Assembly: GCA_048213135.1 (NCBI GenBank)
Contig: PS015181.1
Coordinates: 1 to 64,000 of the forward strand
From: Reclinomonas americana ATCC 50394
Taxonomy: Eukaryota
Direction of reading: 5' to 3'
Length of the DNA: 64,000 nucleotides
In this document: positions 53,130 to 64,000 of the stretch, piece by piece
Position numbering within the stretch: position 1 is the stretch's first letter
Layout: each line of letters begins with the position of its first letter
Program-made: the position numbers and the translations under genes
Notes under the pieces: model-generated
Seen by the model: only the letters and a program-made list of their open reading frames with translations
What the model was told of the DNA's origin: nothing
Databases searched by the model: none

Positions 53130-54750
53130 ATGGCGTCCATGAGCGACGATGCCGCTGTGCGAGAGACCAACGACGATGCAGCAGTCAGCAAACAGTTCTC
53201 TCTCTCTTTCTCTCGCTCAATGTCTCTGTGAGTGTGAGTGTTTCTCACTTGTCTCTTATTGTGCTGCGTGCAGATCGGCTGTCACTCTCGGCTACTGGGA
53301 AGACCCGTTTGTTGGGCTCTTTGTGCGGCGACCCACCCGCAGACATCCCATTATCAATCGCGGTGAGTGTGCGAGAGAGAGCGAGAGTGAGCAAAGGAGT
53401 GTCACTCAACGTGTGAGCTCGCAGGGTATTACACGCGAGTGGCGGCTGTGCGTGAGCTCATTCGTCGCTTCTTGCAAGGCGTTGCAGTCTCCAGGTGCAC
53501 ACTGATGCCCCCGCCTCTCTCAGTGTGTGTGTCTCACACTTTGCACAGTGGACCAGCGCAGATTGTCAGTCTCGGAGCTGGCTCTGATACGACGTACTTT
53601 TGCTTGAAGGTCTCGCTCTCCTTGTACAGTCTGCGCATGCCACACACACACACTGAGAGTTCGCGCGCAGAGTGGCGTGGTGTGCGAGCGAGCGCTGCTG
53701 GACTCTGTGCAGCTGCGCTACGTGGAGGTGGACTTTGAGGAGACGGTGATGCGCAAGATGCGCGTGCTGGGCAAGCAGCGACAGTTGTCGCAGTTGGTGC
53801 CGGGATTCGAGTCGTTGATGGGCTCCATGGGACCGCCGCGCTCGGAGACTGCGTCGCCGTGGGCGTCGTCGGAGTATGTGCTGCTGTCGGCCGACTTGAG
53901 AGATGTGCCGCAGTTGGAGGACGCGTTGCTGGTCAAGGCGGGGCTCGATCCTCGGTGCGTACATTCTCTCCCCTTGCACAGCTACTGCCACTCACCATTC
54001 CTCGTGCGTATAGCGCACCCACTTTGTTCCTCTCCGAGTGCGTCTTGGTGTACATGGAGCCAGAGGAGGCGGATCATTTGCTGACCTGGTGCTCGTCGAC
54101 GTTTTCTCGCTCCGCCATTGCTGTGTATGAGCAAGTGGGTGCCGACGACGCCTTTGGTCGCACCATGATTGAGAATCTCAAGGTATGCGTGCCGTACAGC
54201 AGGTCGTGGTCATCCTCTCGCCCACCCCTCCGAAACACAGGATCGATCGGCGCCGCTGCTGGGATTTGAGAAATACGGCACGCTGGAGGCACAGCGGCAG
54301 CGCTACTTGCAGCACGGATACGCCAGGTGTGCCGCGGTGACCATGCAGCGGCTGGTGCATGATGCCGCGCCGGCCACCGACCATCCACCGCATCCGCTCT
54401 CGGGGGAGGAGGTCATGGCGCTGACTCGCCAGCACCACCTGCAGCATCCCTCGCCTCCGTCGTCACCGCGTCGGAACGCGCCCCTGTCGCCCACCGCAGG
54501 CGGCAATCACAGTCCGCGCGCTCACAGTGGTTTTGCGGTGCCGGTGCCGCGGCGGCCGCACAGGAGAGACGTGACGACGCTGTTGGATAGTGACGATTGG
54601 GCGCGAGTGTGCCAAATCGAGTGGATGGACGAGCTTGAGGAGTGGGAGCTCATCCAGGCACACTACTCGCTACTGGTGGCGGCCACGGCGGCGGCCGATG
54701 ACGACGACGCCGCCATTGCCCCGCTGTTGCGCCTGACTCCTCAGTCGTAG
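53130..54750 (+). CDS. LCMT1: Leucine carboxyl methyltransferase 1 (PP2A methyltransferase)
   Basis: VRETNDDAAVSK, LGYWEDPF, PIINRGYYTR, QIVSLGAGSDT, YVEVDF, PTLFLSECVLVYM, DAFGRTMIENL, DELEEW...HY. Confidence 0.94.
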
Positions 54751-54992
54751 ACCGATTTTTCAATGAAAGCCGTACAGTCGGTTTTTGGGAGAGGTCCTGG
54801 AAACGCATCATGCGTCATCATCACTTTGTTTCGCACGCAGCCGGACACATTTCCACATTTTTTCACATTCGTCTCTCCTTCTCTCACACACACACTCTCA
54901 CGCCCACACGCACGCACGCTTGCGTTTTGCATCATCACCGTAGTCAGCAAATCCGTGTGTGAGTGCCTGTGTGATAGTGTCGTGTCGGCAAG

Positions 54993-57900
54993 ATGAGTCG
55001 ACGAGCGGCCAACGGTGTGCCCCCGCCACCGCTGGCGCCGCTTCCAAACCCACCGCCACCGCTGGACTTGAGGCTGCAGGCGCCACCGCGGCGCCCACCA
55101 CCACCTCTGGCCATTGCCGTCAACACAGCGTTGCCGCTGTCACCGGCCAGCAACAGTCTGGCGGCCTCGTCGAGTGTCACGCCTCTCACCATGCGCACAT
55201 CGCGCCCACCCAGTGCCAGTGCCGAGCGACACTCCTTCCTGGCCAACATGGATGCCTCGTCGCCACTGGCAGCCATTCCATCGCAGCTGTTGGTGCTGCC
55301 GAACAGCCCCGCGGGAGGCCGCTCGGTGCAGGGCTCGGCGGCGGCAGCGGCGACGGCTACCACGCGGACAAGGGCAGGCAATCATCCACGCAGCCCACCG
55401 TCGCCGTCGGTGTTTTCACCACCCAATCGACCTCTGCCGCCCTTGGTGCCTGTGCCACCGACGGCGAATGTGCCGCGCAATGCGCGTGCGCATGCGCTGC
55501 CGCTGGCCGTGCCGCTGCCTGAATCTATCGCGCTGCACACGCCGCAGTCACCACAGCAGCAGCAGCAACGAACCATTCTGCCGTCTGCCGAGCCGCAGCG
55601 GCGCAGCATCTCACAGCCGGATCCCAGCGACGACGAAACGTTGCGTGCTTTTCTTCTTCCTCATGATGACCTCGCTATTGATTCCTTCTCACGTTGAGTG
55701 GTGCGCGGGCGCAGAGCAACGACCACCTCGACGACACACCAGCTCACGGAACCCGACTCGAGCAATCGCAGTGTGGAGATCTTTGGCAACCACGCGCGTG
55801 GAACGCGAAACTTGCTGCTGGAAAAACTGGAGCGCGACGGCGAAGGTTTCCTCACTGTCGCCTTATCCTCGCTCCCACCTTGTCGAGAAGCTCACCACCA
55901 TCACTTCCTCTATCTAGCCTCCAACGTCATGGCGCCCGACAAGACGCGCACAGCAGCGTTTCCGACCACCAACAAGAGCGGCCGTCGCCACCAGATTTCC
56001 TTGCGTTGCGTGGAAAAGTCCAATGCCTGTCTTTCCGTGTTACTCACCTCCTCTCCTCCTCCACTGCCACACAGCATCGCTCGCCCAAGCTTCACCACTT
56101 TTGTTTCCGCGGCGCGTGACACCAGCACCCATGGAGAAACCAGTCGAAATCATCACGGAGGAGTCACCGATTGCGGTCAAGGGTACGCGGCACCTCCATC
56201 CTTTCTGTGTGGCTGACGCCATCTCAACTGCGCTCACCACCAACTTCGTACTTATTCCGTCCGCAGACAAGTGGTTCTCGCTGACACAGGAGACGGTGGA
56301 CGAGATGAATGTTGTGCGCCGTCGTCTCGACTGCTGTGGCTGGATCATTGTCGTGATCGCCGTGATTATCTTGACCATCGGACTGGTGTGGCTCATGACG
56401 GCCATGCTCGGTGCCAAGGCGCTCACCGTCAAGGGAGCTCTCGATTTGCACTCGTTCCAAACTCTGCAGCACACAAACCAGACATCGGCAGTGGTGCGCA
56501 CCGGTTTCTGTCCTTCCCGTATTGGCTGCTGTTCTCACCATGCATGGTGATCGGGTTGCAGAGTGTGTTGCCCGACGTCGACCGCAATCTGAACGTCTTT
56601 CCGCACATTCGGGTCAACAACACGGCGACAATCGTGCAGACCACAAATGTCGGCACCACACTACCGCGCAACTTTACCGGCATCCCCGCCGGCTTCACGT
56701 CGGGCGAGGTCTACGTCACCGGCACCATGATTATCAGCAGCGGTGCACGTCTCGGCACTGCCATTATCGATGGAAGCTCACTGAATGCTGTTGGTGGATC
56801 CCTGACGACGTGCGTGGATTACGAAAGAGTGATTCTTGTGTGCGATTTTTCTTGCTCACCTCTCACGACCACAGTGGTGAGCACACGACCGGATCGGTGA
56901 GTCTGCGGCTGGCTGCGAACACGCTGGAAATGGCCAGCGGTACGGCGGTGGCGCTCTCGGTGTCGTCGGCGGACGCGGTGGAGCTTGGTGCGTCGGTTTC
57001 GCACGTCAATCTCGGCAGCTCCACTGGCACCATCGAGGTCGGCGGTCCGGCCACGTTTCTCAAGCCGATGCAGGTGCGCCTTTGTGAGTGTCCTTTTTTC
57101 CCGTGTGCGGTGAGCTGACCCGTCGCCGTGCGCTTGCAGATCGACGAACTGCTCTTTGACACACCGGGCCTGTCGAGTGATCAAGACCTCGTTGTGCGCA
57201 GTGGTGCCAACGCCCAGCTCTTGATCGCAGAGGCAACCACTGCTGGTGTGGTGAGCGGCAGCAGCACCGCACCGACAGCCATCGGCGGCAACTTGTACGC
57301 CGAGGGAAATATTCGCCTCGGCACCGCCACCTCCATGCCCAACCTCACCCGAGCGCCAGCCCCCACTGGAGCACCGCAGACCATTGCCTTCAACGGACAG
57401 AGCTCTCCCATGGGCACCGGCGGCAGCGTGCAACTCGAAGGCGGTGCCGGTACTTCGTCGGCCGGCGACGTGTGGATCGGCACGCAAGTCTCCAATGTCA
57501 TCACTCTCGGCAATCCGAGCTCGGCGCTGAACGTGGCGGCGTCGAACTGGGTGGTGCACTCGCAGTTGCAAATGGACGGTACACTCCTCCACTGTCGTGC
57601 TACGCCTTTTGTCGTGTCGTCCTCACCGCTGTGCTTCTCGCAGCCACTCCCACCACTGCTTCGTCTGTCACCTGTGCCAATGCGTCGTTTCCGCTGGCGG
57701 TGGTCGGTCAGCGTAGCCTGGGTGGCACCGGTGGCAACCTGTACGTGGATGCCGGCCAGTCGTTTACCGGTGCCACTGACCTTAGTCCGGTCAGCATGGT
57801 CGGCGTGGGTTCGTCGGGCGATTTGCGAGTCGGCACGCAGTCCAGCGTCAGTATCGGCGCACCAACAGGAGTCGTACAGGTTTGCGTGAGACCCTCCCCC

Positions 57901-60900
57901 TCTCCACTTGCATTGCCACCCACTCGCCTTCTTGATGCACATGCAGTTGGCCGCTCACGACATTCAACTCGGCATGAACAATTCAGTGGTGACGGTGAAC
58001 ACGGCACTGCCACTGGTGCTCGGCGGCTCCACAGGCGCCACTGTGACCGCTCCCAACATCAACATCAACAGCACGGGACTGACCGACCTGTCGGCTACCA
58101 CGTCGGTATGGCTCCGCTGTGCTTGAAGCAAAATACCACCACTGACTCTCCTTCTTTTTGCTGCTTCCTCAGGTGACGGTCAATGGCGACCCTGTCGACA
58201 TCTCGGCCACCACCCTGACCATCTCACCGAGCACCGCCTTTAACATTTCGGCCGGCAACCAGCTCGTATTGCAGTCGCAGCAACTGCTGCAGCTCACCTC
58301 GCCCGTCATCACCGGTACGGCGGGCACCGAGGTGCGCTTGGGCGGCAAGCAGGTCAACCTGAACGCCACCGCCTTGCAACTGTCGTCGATGGCACTGGTG
58401 AATGTGGCCGGCACCACCAGCACCACCATCTCGTCGCCGTCCGTCGTCGTGTCGCCCACCGTCAACACCATGACGCTGTCGGGCGTCGATGTCACCATGG
58501 ACGCCTCCACCTCCCTGTCGATGACCAGTCCGACCATTACATTCGCCCCGTCGGGTGGCGGTGGTGGTGGCGGCGGTGCCGGATCGTCGTCCGCCATTGA
58601 CGCGAACCAGCTGTCGTTTTCGGCTTCGACCGTGGCCACCATCGGCGCAAGCATGGTGAACGGCGTCTACAACGTCACCTCGTCGACCATTTCGCAGTCT
58701 GCGGCCACAGTCGACGCTGCTGCCTCCATCGACGCCTCCATCCTGGGCGACTTTATCACTGTGCGCTCACTCAACAGCGTACTCCTGCAAAACACCGGCG
58801 GCAACCAGAACCTGAACAGCGGCGGTTTCGTGTACATTGGCAGCACGTCGGCCACCAATGCCGGCACAGCGACGGTCACTGGCACCACGGCGGTGAGCGC
58901 GTCCGGCCAGACGGTGCAGGTGACGCCCAGTACGCAGCTCGACGTGACGAGTTCGGCCACGGTCAACTTGCGTGGCGTGCAGCAGACCTCGTTGACGGCG
59001 CCGACTCTGTCGGCGACCTCGACAGCCGCCGCCACGCAGACGGCGAACGAGCGCCTGACCATCAACGCCACGCAACCGCTTACGCTCACCGGCGGCACCG
59101 TGAGTGTCACCAGTGCGTTCCCGTTCACCATCACGGCGTCGGCGACGGCCAACGTGCAGGCCTCGCGCGACATTCTGCTCTCGTCGGTCGCCGAAGTGCG
59201 CAGCATTGCGACCATTACGGCCAGCACCACTGGTGGTTCGGGCCAGGCGCTTCTCGCCGGCGGCAACGGACTGGTGGTCACCGCCGCCACCACGCTGCAG
59301 CTGGTGGGCGCACAGAGTGCGGCGCTCACCGGTGAATCGGCGCTGGTGGTTTCTTCCACGGCCTCCACCGGAACCGTCACGCTGTCGGCGGCGGCCACCG
59401 GCACCGCCTCGTTCACGAGCAAGTACATTACGCTCAGCGGCACATCCACGGCCACGGTGCTGTCCATGAGCGCCGGACGCAACCTCAGCACCAGCTCCAC
59501 GTCGACGCTGGTGGAGTCGAGCAATGTTGCTCTGATTCGCTCACAGACGGCGCGCTTGACCGTGTCGGCCGCCACCTCCAATGGCGATCTGTCGCTGACC
59601 GGCAACGGACACTTGCGCTGCAGCTCCGCTCCTGTCACCAACTGCGCCTGTCCGACGCCGCTGGTGAGCGTGCAGGGTGCCACCGCCACCTTCCAGGCGT
59701 CGGGCATCGTCACGGCCAATGCCACCACCTTGTTCCAGGTCGTGGCGCCCGCCGTCACCATCACCGCTCCGACCACCTTCCTGCTGTCGCCGGCCACCAC
59801 TGCCGGCCTCTCGGCCACCACCATCACCTCGACGGCGGCCAGCACGGCGTTGTTCGGCGCCACGAATACCGCCACTTTCAACGATGTTTCCTCTTCGGGG
59901 GCTGGCCTACTGTTCGCCACGTCGCTCTGCACGGCCACCGTCAACGCCTTCAACATGACCAATCTCCTCAGTGTCGGCACCTCTGTGCTGCGCACCGTGC
60001 CCAGTGGATACACGGGCACACCAGCGCGTCTGCTTGCCCTGCGTGGTGCCAATTCGAGCACCACTCCCGGCGGCGGCAGCATTGTTCTCGACGTCGGCAG
60101 CGGCACCACACAGAACGGCAACATGTTTGTCGGCACGCGCTCCAACTCGGTCATTCTCGGCAACACATCGTGCGTCTTCAGCACATCCTGCAATTGTTTT
60201 GGTCTGCTTGCTCCTCACCTCACCGCCGTGTTTGCCTTTGTTTTTTGCAGTGCCACGGTCACCGCACGCGGCTCTTTTCGAGTGTACGGCGATCTGACGT
60301 TGTCGAGCACGTCGGCCACCGATCTGTTCGTCACGCAGAACAATGCGGCGACCGCCACCCTCTACGACCTGACCATCGCAGGCCAACAAGTCACTGGCAC
60401 CGGCAACGGCGGCGACGTGTACTTTGACGGCGGTGCCGGCAGCAGCAGTTGCGCCACCATGAATCCCCACCTCACATGCGTATCACTCACATTGCTCGTG
60501 CGCCAGGTCGCGGCACGGTATACGTCGGCACACTGACATCGCCCGTCACCATCTCCACCGGCACGAGAACGCTCTCGATCTACACTGCCAACTTGCAGCT
60601 GGGACAGGCCGATAGCGCGTTTACGCTCACGCGTGCGGCCGCCACCAACGCCACCCGCAGGGCATTGTTATTGTGGGCGGCACGAGCTCGGCGGTGACCA
60701 TATCGTCCGGCACCGGCGGCACCGTGTTTGCGGCCAGCAGCGGCAATTTCGTGTTGCAAGGCGGCAACGGACCAGGCACGGGTGGCAGTGTCTATGTGCG
60801 CCACATCAACGTCACCACCGGCACCTCCACCATCAGCCTCACAACCACCAGCAGCATTAGCATCGTCTCGGCCACCACCAACATCGGCAACAATCTGTCG

Positions 60901-61332
60901 ATGCAAGTCGGCTTCCAGCCCGGTGCCGACGTCAGTGCACCACGCTTCCGCACGCTGATGGCTCGCTTCAGCCGCCTGTTCTTCCCCGACTCATTACCGC
61001 AGCAGGTGGCCCACAATATGGGTGCCACGTTTTACCAGCGAGTCATTTCGGTGCAAGTTTCGTCTGGGGAATGACAGCGCACTTGTTTGTCTGCGTTGTT
61101 GTTGCTGCTACTCATCCTTCTGCTTGCTACATAGTGCACGCTGTACGGCGGCACCATTGAATCCAGCACCGAGTTGACAAACTTCTCGCCACCCTTCTCC
61201 GTTGGCGGCGGCTGGCTTGATGGCCTGCCGATTCTCACGGCCTCCGTCGACTCCACCTTCATCTCGGTGTGGTCCAAGGGGCTGGGAACGAACTTTATCG
61301 GCACCGCCTACATCACCATCTTGTATATTTAG
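54993..61332 (+). CDS. Large type II membrane-like protein with a Thr/Ser/Gly beta-rich fibre-like ectodomain; one apparent frameshift
   Basis: Pro-rich N-terminus, TM segment GWIIVVIAVIILTIGLVWLMTAML, then a very long region of short alternating beta-strand repeats with GG.V.L.(A/G)G motifs. Stop at 61330-61332; frame change near 60656. Confidence 0.8.
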
Positions 61333-61437
61333 AGGAGAGAGGGGAGAAATGAGACTCGTCGCAATGCACGATGTCAACCAATCGACCAATCGTTCATCGT
61401 CCAACCGACGAGACCACCACGAATCCAGACAGAAAAA

Positions 61438-64000
61438 ATGGCGTCGTCGCAGTCGTCGCCGTCGCTGTGTTGCGTCTTCTCTCTCCCACGCACACATACT
61501 CACACAGCTCTTTGTCACACGCAATCTCACTCTCCCTCGCGCACACGCGACTCTCACTCACATGTGTGTATTGTTCGCTGCGGCGCAGCTGCACAATCAC
61601 CCGCAGTGATTGACTCGCGTCGAGTGTGGCGCCTCAAGCCACTGCCCGCGCCCTTCTCCTCACTAACAGGAGGACCAGGCGCCGCCCACGAGCATGACCA
61701 CGACATCTTCATCTCTTCATTATCATCTCATCCGCCGCATCCTCCACCACCACCACCTCCTCCATTGCCTCCCGCACAGGCCATGAGCATTGCCGCGCGC
61801 TTCTCACCCGCATGGCCTACTGCTGTAGCCTTGACACCACCACAGCCAATGCTGCCGGGCGCAGTAAATTGGACACCGCTGATGCTGACGGGAGAGACTC
61901 GCTCGCCGGCGCCCGCCCTGCGTCGCACGTCGGTGGCGGGCGGTGCGCAGTCGACTGGAACGTCGCAGTCGGCGAGCGCCATGTCGCTGTCGAGTGAGTC
62001 ATCCACGGGACGTCGGCTGCCGCGCAAGGTGGTTGTCGGCAACGAGGATGACTTTGAGGGCGAGGCGGAGGTGGCCGACGATGAACGCTCGTCTGTGTCC
62101 TCGTCAACAAGTGCGTCTGCCTCCTCGGTGCCGCCGATGCGTGGGGGCGGAATGCCGCGGCCCATGGATCCGGGTCAGCTGGACATGCCGCTCGATGCGC
62201 TGCCGCATGTCACCGACGTGGAGATGATGGATCCGCGCTTGACGCGCCTCCGGCAGCAGCAGTTGCTCGCAGCTCTGCTGGCCAACGCTCCTCCTGGCGC
62301 AGCGACAGAGGAGGCAGTCAAGCCGCGGCCTTCTTGGTGGCGCCGTCTGCTTCTGTCCATGGGCGTGCGCAGCGCGTACTGGCAGGATGTGATCTTGTCG
62401 ACCACAGTCGTGGCGCACGTGCTACTGATGTGGATCCTGTTTGGCATTGTCATGTTTCTCATCGCACGGTCGCCGACCTCGGTCACCACTCTCAATGTGG
62501 CCGGTTCGTGCTGATGCTTGCCTGTGTGTGTGCGCGCGTGCGCAGTACATGCAGCTCATTTTCTCGTTGCTTGGCAGGAGCGGCCACCACGACCACGCTA
62601 GTGGCCACCAACACTGTTAGTGCGCCGGCGGTGGTCGTGCAGTCGACTGTCGGCGACTCGCAATTAACATTGTCGTCGAGTCAAGCGGCGCGTCTGGTGT
62701 TTGCCGGCGGCGGAGCGAGTGCCAGCGCCGGGTTCACGCTCAAGTCCACCGATTCAGACACGTTGGAGTTCTCACGTGGCACAATATCTCTTCTCCAATT
62801 CACTCCGTCGGCTTCCGCACGCAGCGCCCAAACAATGCCCTCGGCTCGTCGGCGAAGGTGCGAAACACGTTGTCATGTGCTTCTGGGCAACACTCACTCT
62901 GCTCACCCTTCCGCTTCTCTCGTCAGCCTTCTCCAACAATCGTCCACGGACACTACCGCATTCACCGCCAGGATAGGGACCAGCTCGCTGGAGATTGGCG
63001 ACTCCACGCCGCAATCGTTGTTTAGTATCACGCGACTTGACGCTGTGGCCGGTAACGGCGGCACCACAATGCTTGCCGGGCAGAGTGCCAGGGTGTGTGT
63101 GTTTGTTTGAGTTCATGTCGAGCGGTGTCTCTTGGCACTCATGCACTCTTCTTCCGTTGTCGTTTATTATTGGGCAGGGGAGTGCCACGTACTCTGGCGG
63201 TGCGTTGCTGCTGGTCGCCGGCGATGGGTCACCCGGCGGCGACGCCACGATGCGAGCCGGCGATGGTCTGTAGCATTGTTCTGGTGTGAGATCTGGTTGC
63301 CATCTGTTGCTGATGCACGGGCGCTCTCTCTTTCTTCCTGTTGGGGGTTGCAGGTGTGATTGCCGGCGGTCGCGGAGGCGGTAATGTGTATCTGCAGGCC
63401 GGTAACCCCACGTCCCCCAGCACTGCCGGTTTTGTGCAGGCTCATGGTCGCTTCTTCCAAGTGCGCCCGAGTGGCTCCAACAACGAAAGTCGCACGTCGG
63501 AACTGCAAATGGCAGTTCGCGCCGACGGCTCGGAGGCATTCTCTGTCAAGGCATCCGCGACGTCACTGGACATTAATAATCCGTCTGGTGGCCTCGTGTT
63601 CTCCTTTCCGGCCTCCATTGACAATGGCTTCGAGTTCCTTTCGTCAGTCAGCGTGAACCGCCAGCTTCAGGTTTCCGCAGTCTCCGACAGTGCGGTCCTG
63701 TTGGCAAGCACCTCCTCGGCTGGTGGGTACCGAGTCAGTTAACTTTTTTGTCTCTCGCCGTCGTATTCCCTCTCTCACATGTCTATTTCTTCCTCACGCA
63801 GTGGCCGAGTCACGAATGGAGCTCCGTGCGGTCAGCGCGGTCGCCAAATTTGCATTGAGCAGCGCCACCGGTGTTGCGTCTCTTGTCAACACCAGCGGAC
63901 CACTGACATTGTCCGCGGGCACCAGCAGCTCGGTGCAAGTGCTGTCACCGCTGCAAGTCAGCACCATCAATACGGCAACAGATGTGGACTTGATTCTGTC
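61438..64000 (+). CDS. Second membrane-anchored beta-rich fibre-like protein (runs off the window)
   Basis: Pro/Ser-rich N-terminus, TM segment VVAHVLLMWILFGIVMFLIA, then GGTTMLAGQSA, GGALLLVAGDG and GGGNVYLQAG motifs across several GT-AG introns. Confidence 0.78.

Noticed and set aside
58169-60193. Long antisense ORFs opposite the fibre-like gene and the WD40 genes
   Set aside because: Shadow frames of GC-rich coding sequence.

Overview
Gapped scaffold from an intron-rich, gene-dense aerobic eukaryote, probably a protist; the taxon cannot be identified from this window. Most introns are about 60-150 nt and GT-AG, so the ORF track misses most real gene structures and I spliced them by hand. 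Recognisable genes: an ApaG-domain protein, WDR24, FKBP12, a divergent kinesin with a long coiled coil, GNA1, citrate synthase, SMIM7, NOMO, PIG-F, a C8orf82-like protein, hydroxyacid oxidase, adenylate kinase and LCMT1. Four features stand out. (1) Four three-exon genes encode a 54-56 aa micropeptide with a near-invariant core (PPVVHT[VI]SPHITVAGQNIHTTV) and a variable Gly/His-rich N-terminus. (2) These genes bracket a tandem array of five WD40 genes, intronless where sequenced, with three more copies about 10 kb away. The WD40 genes have variable binding-face residues, a mosaic repeat history and a conserved C-terminal tail resembling a BC-box plus Cul2-box. (3) About 30 introns use a one-base-shifted donor, N|GTTGCGT or N|GTTGAGT, almost always after a non-G exon end. 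(4) Two adjacent membrane-anchored proteins have long beta-rich ectodomains resembling phage tail fibres. All functional interpretations are inferences; no searches were run.
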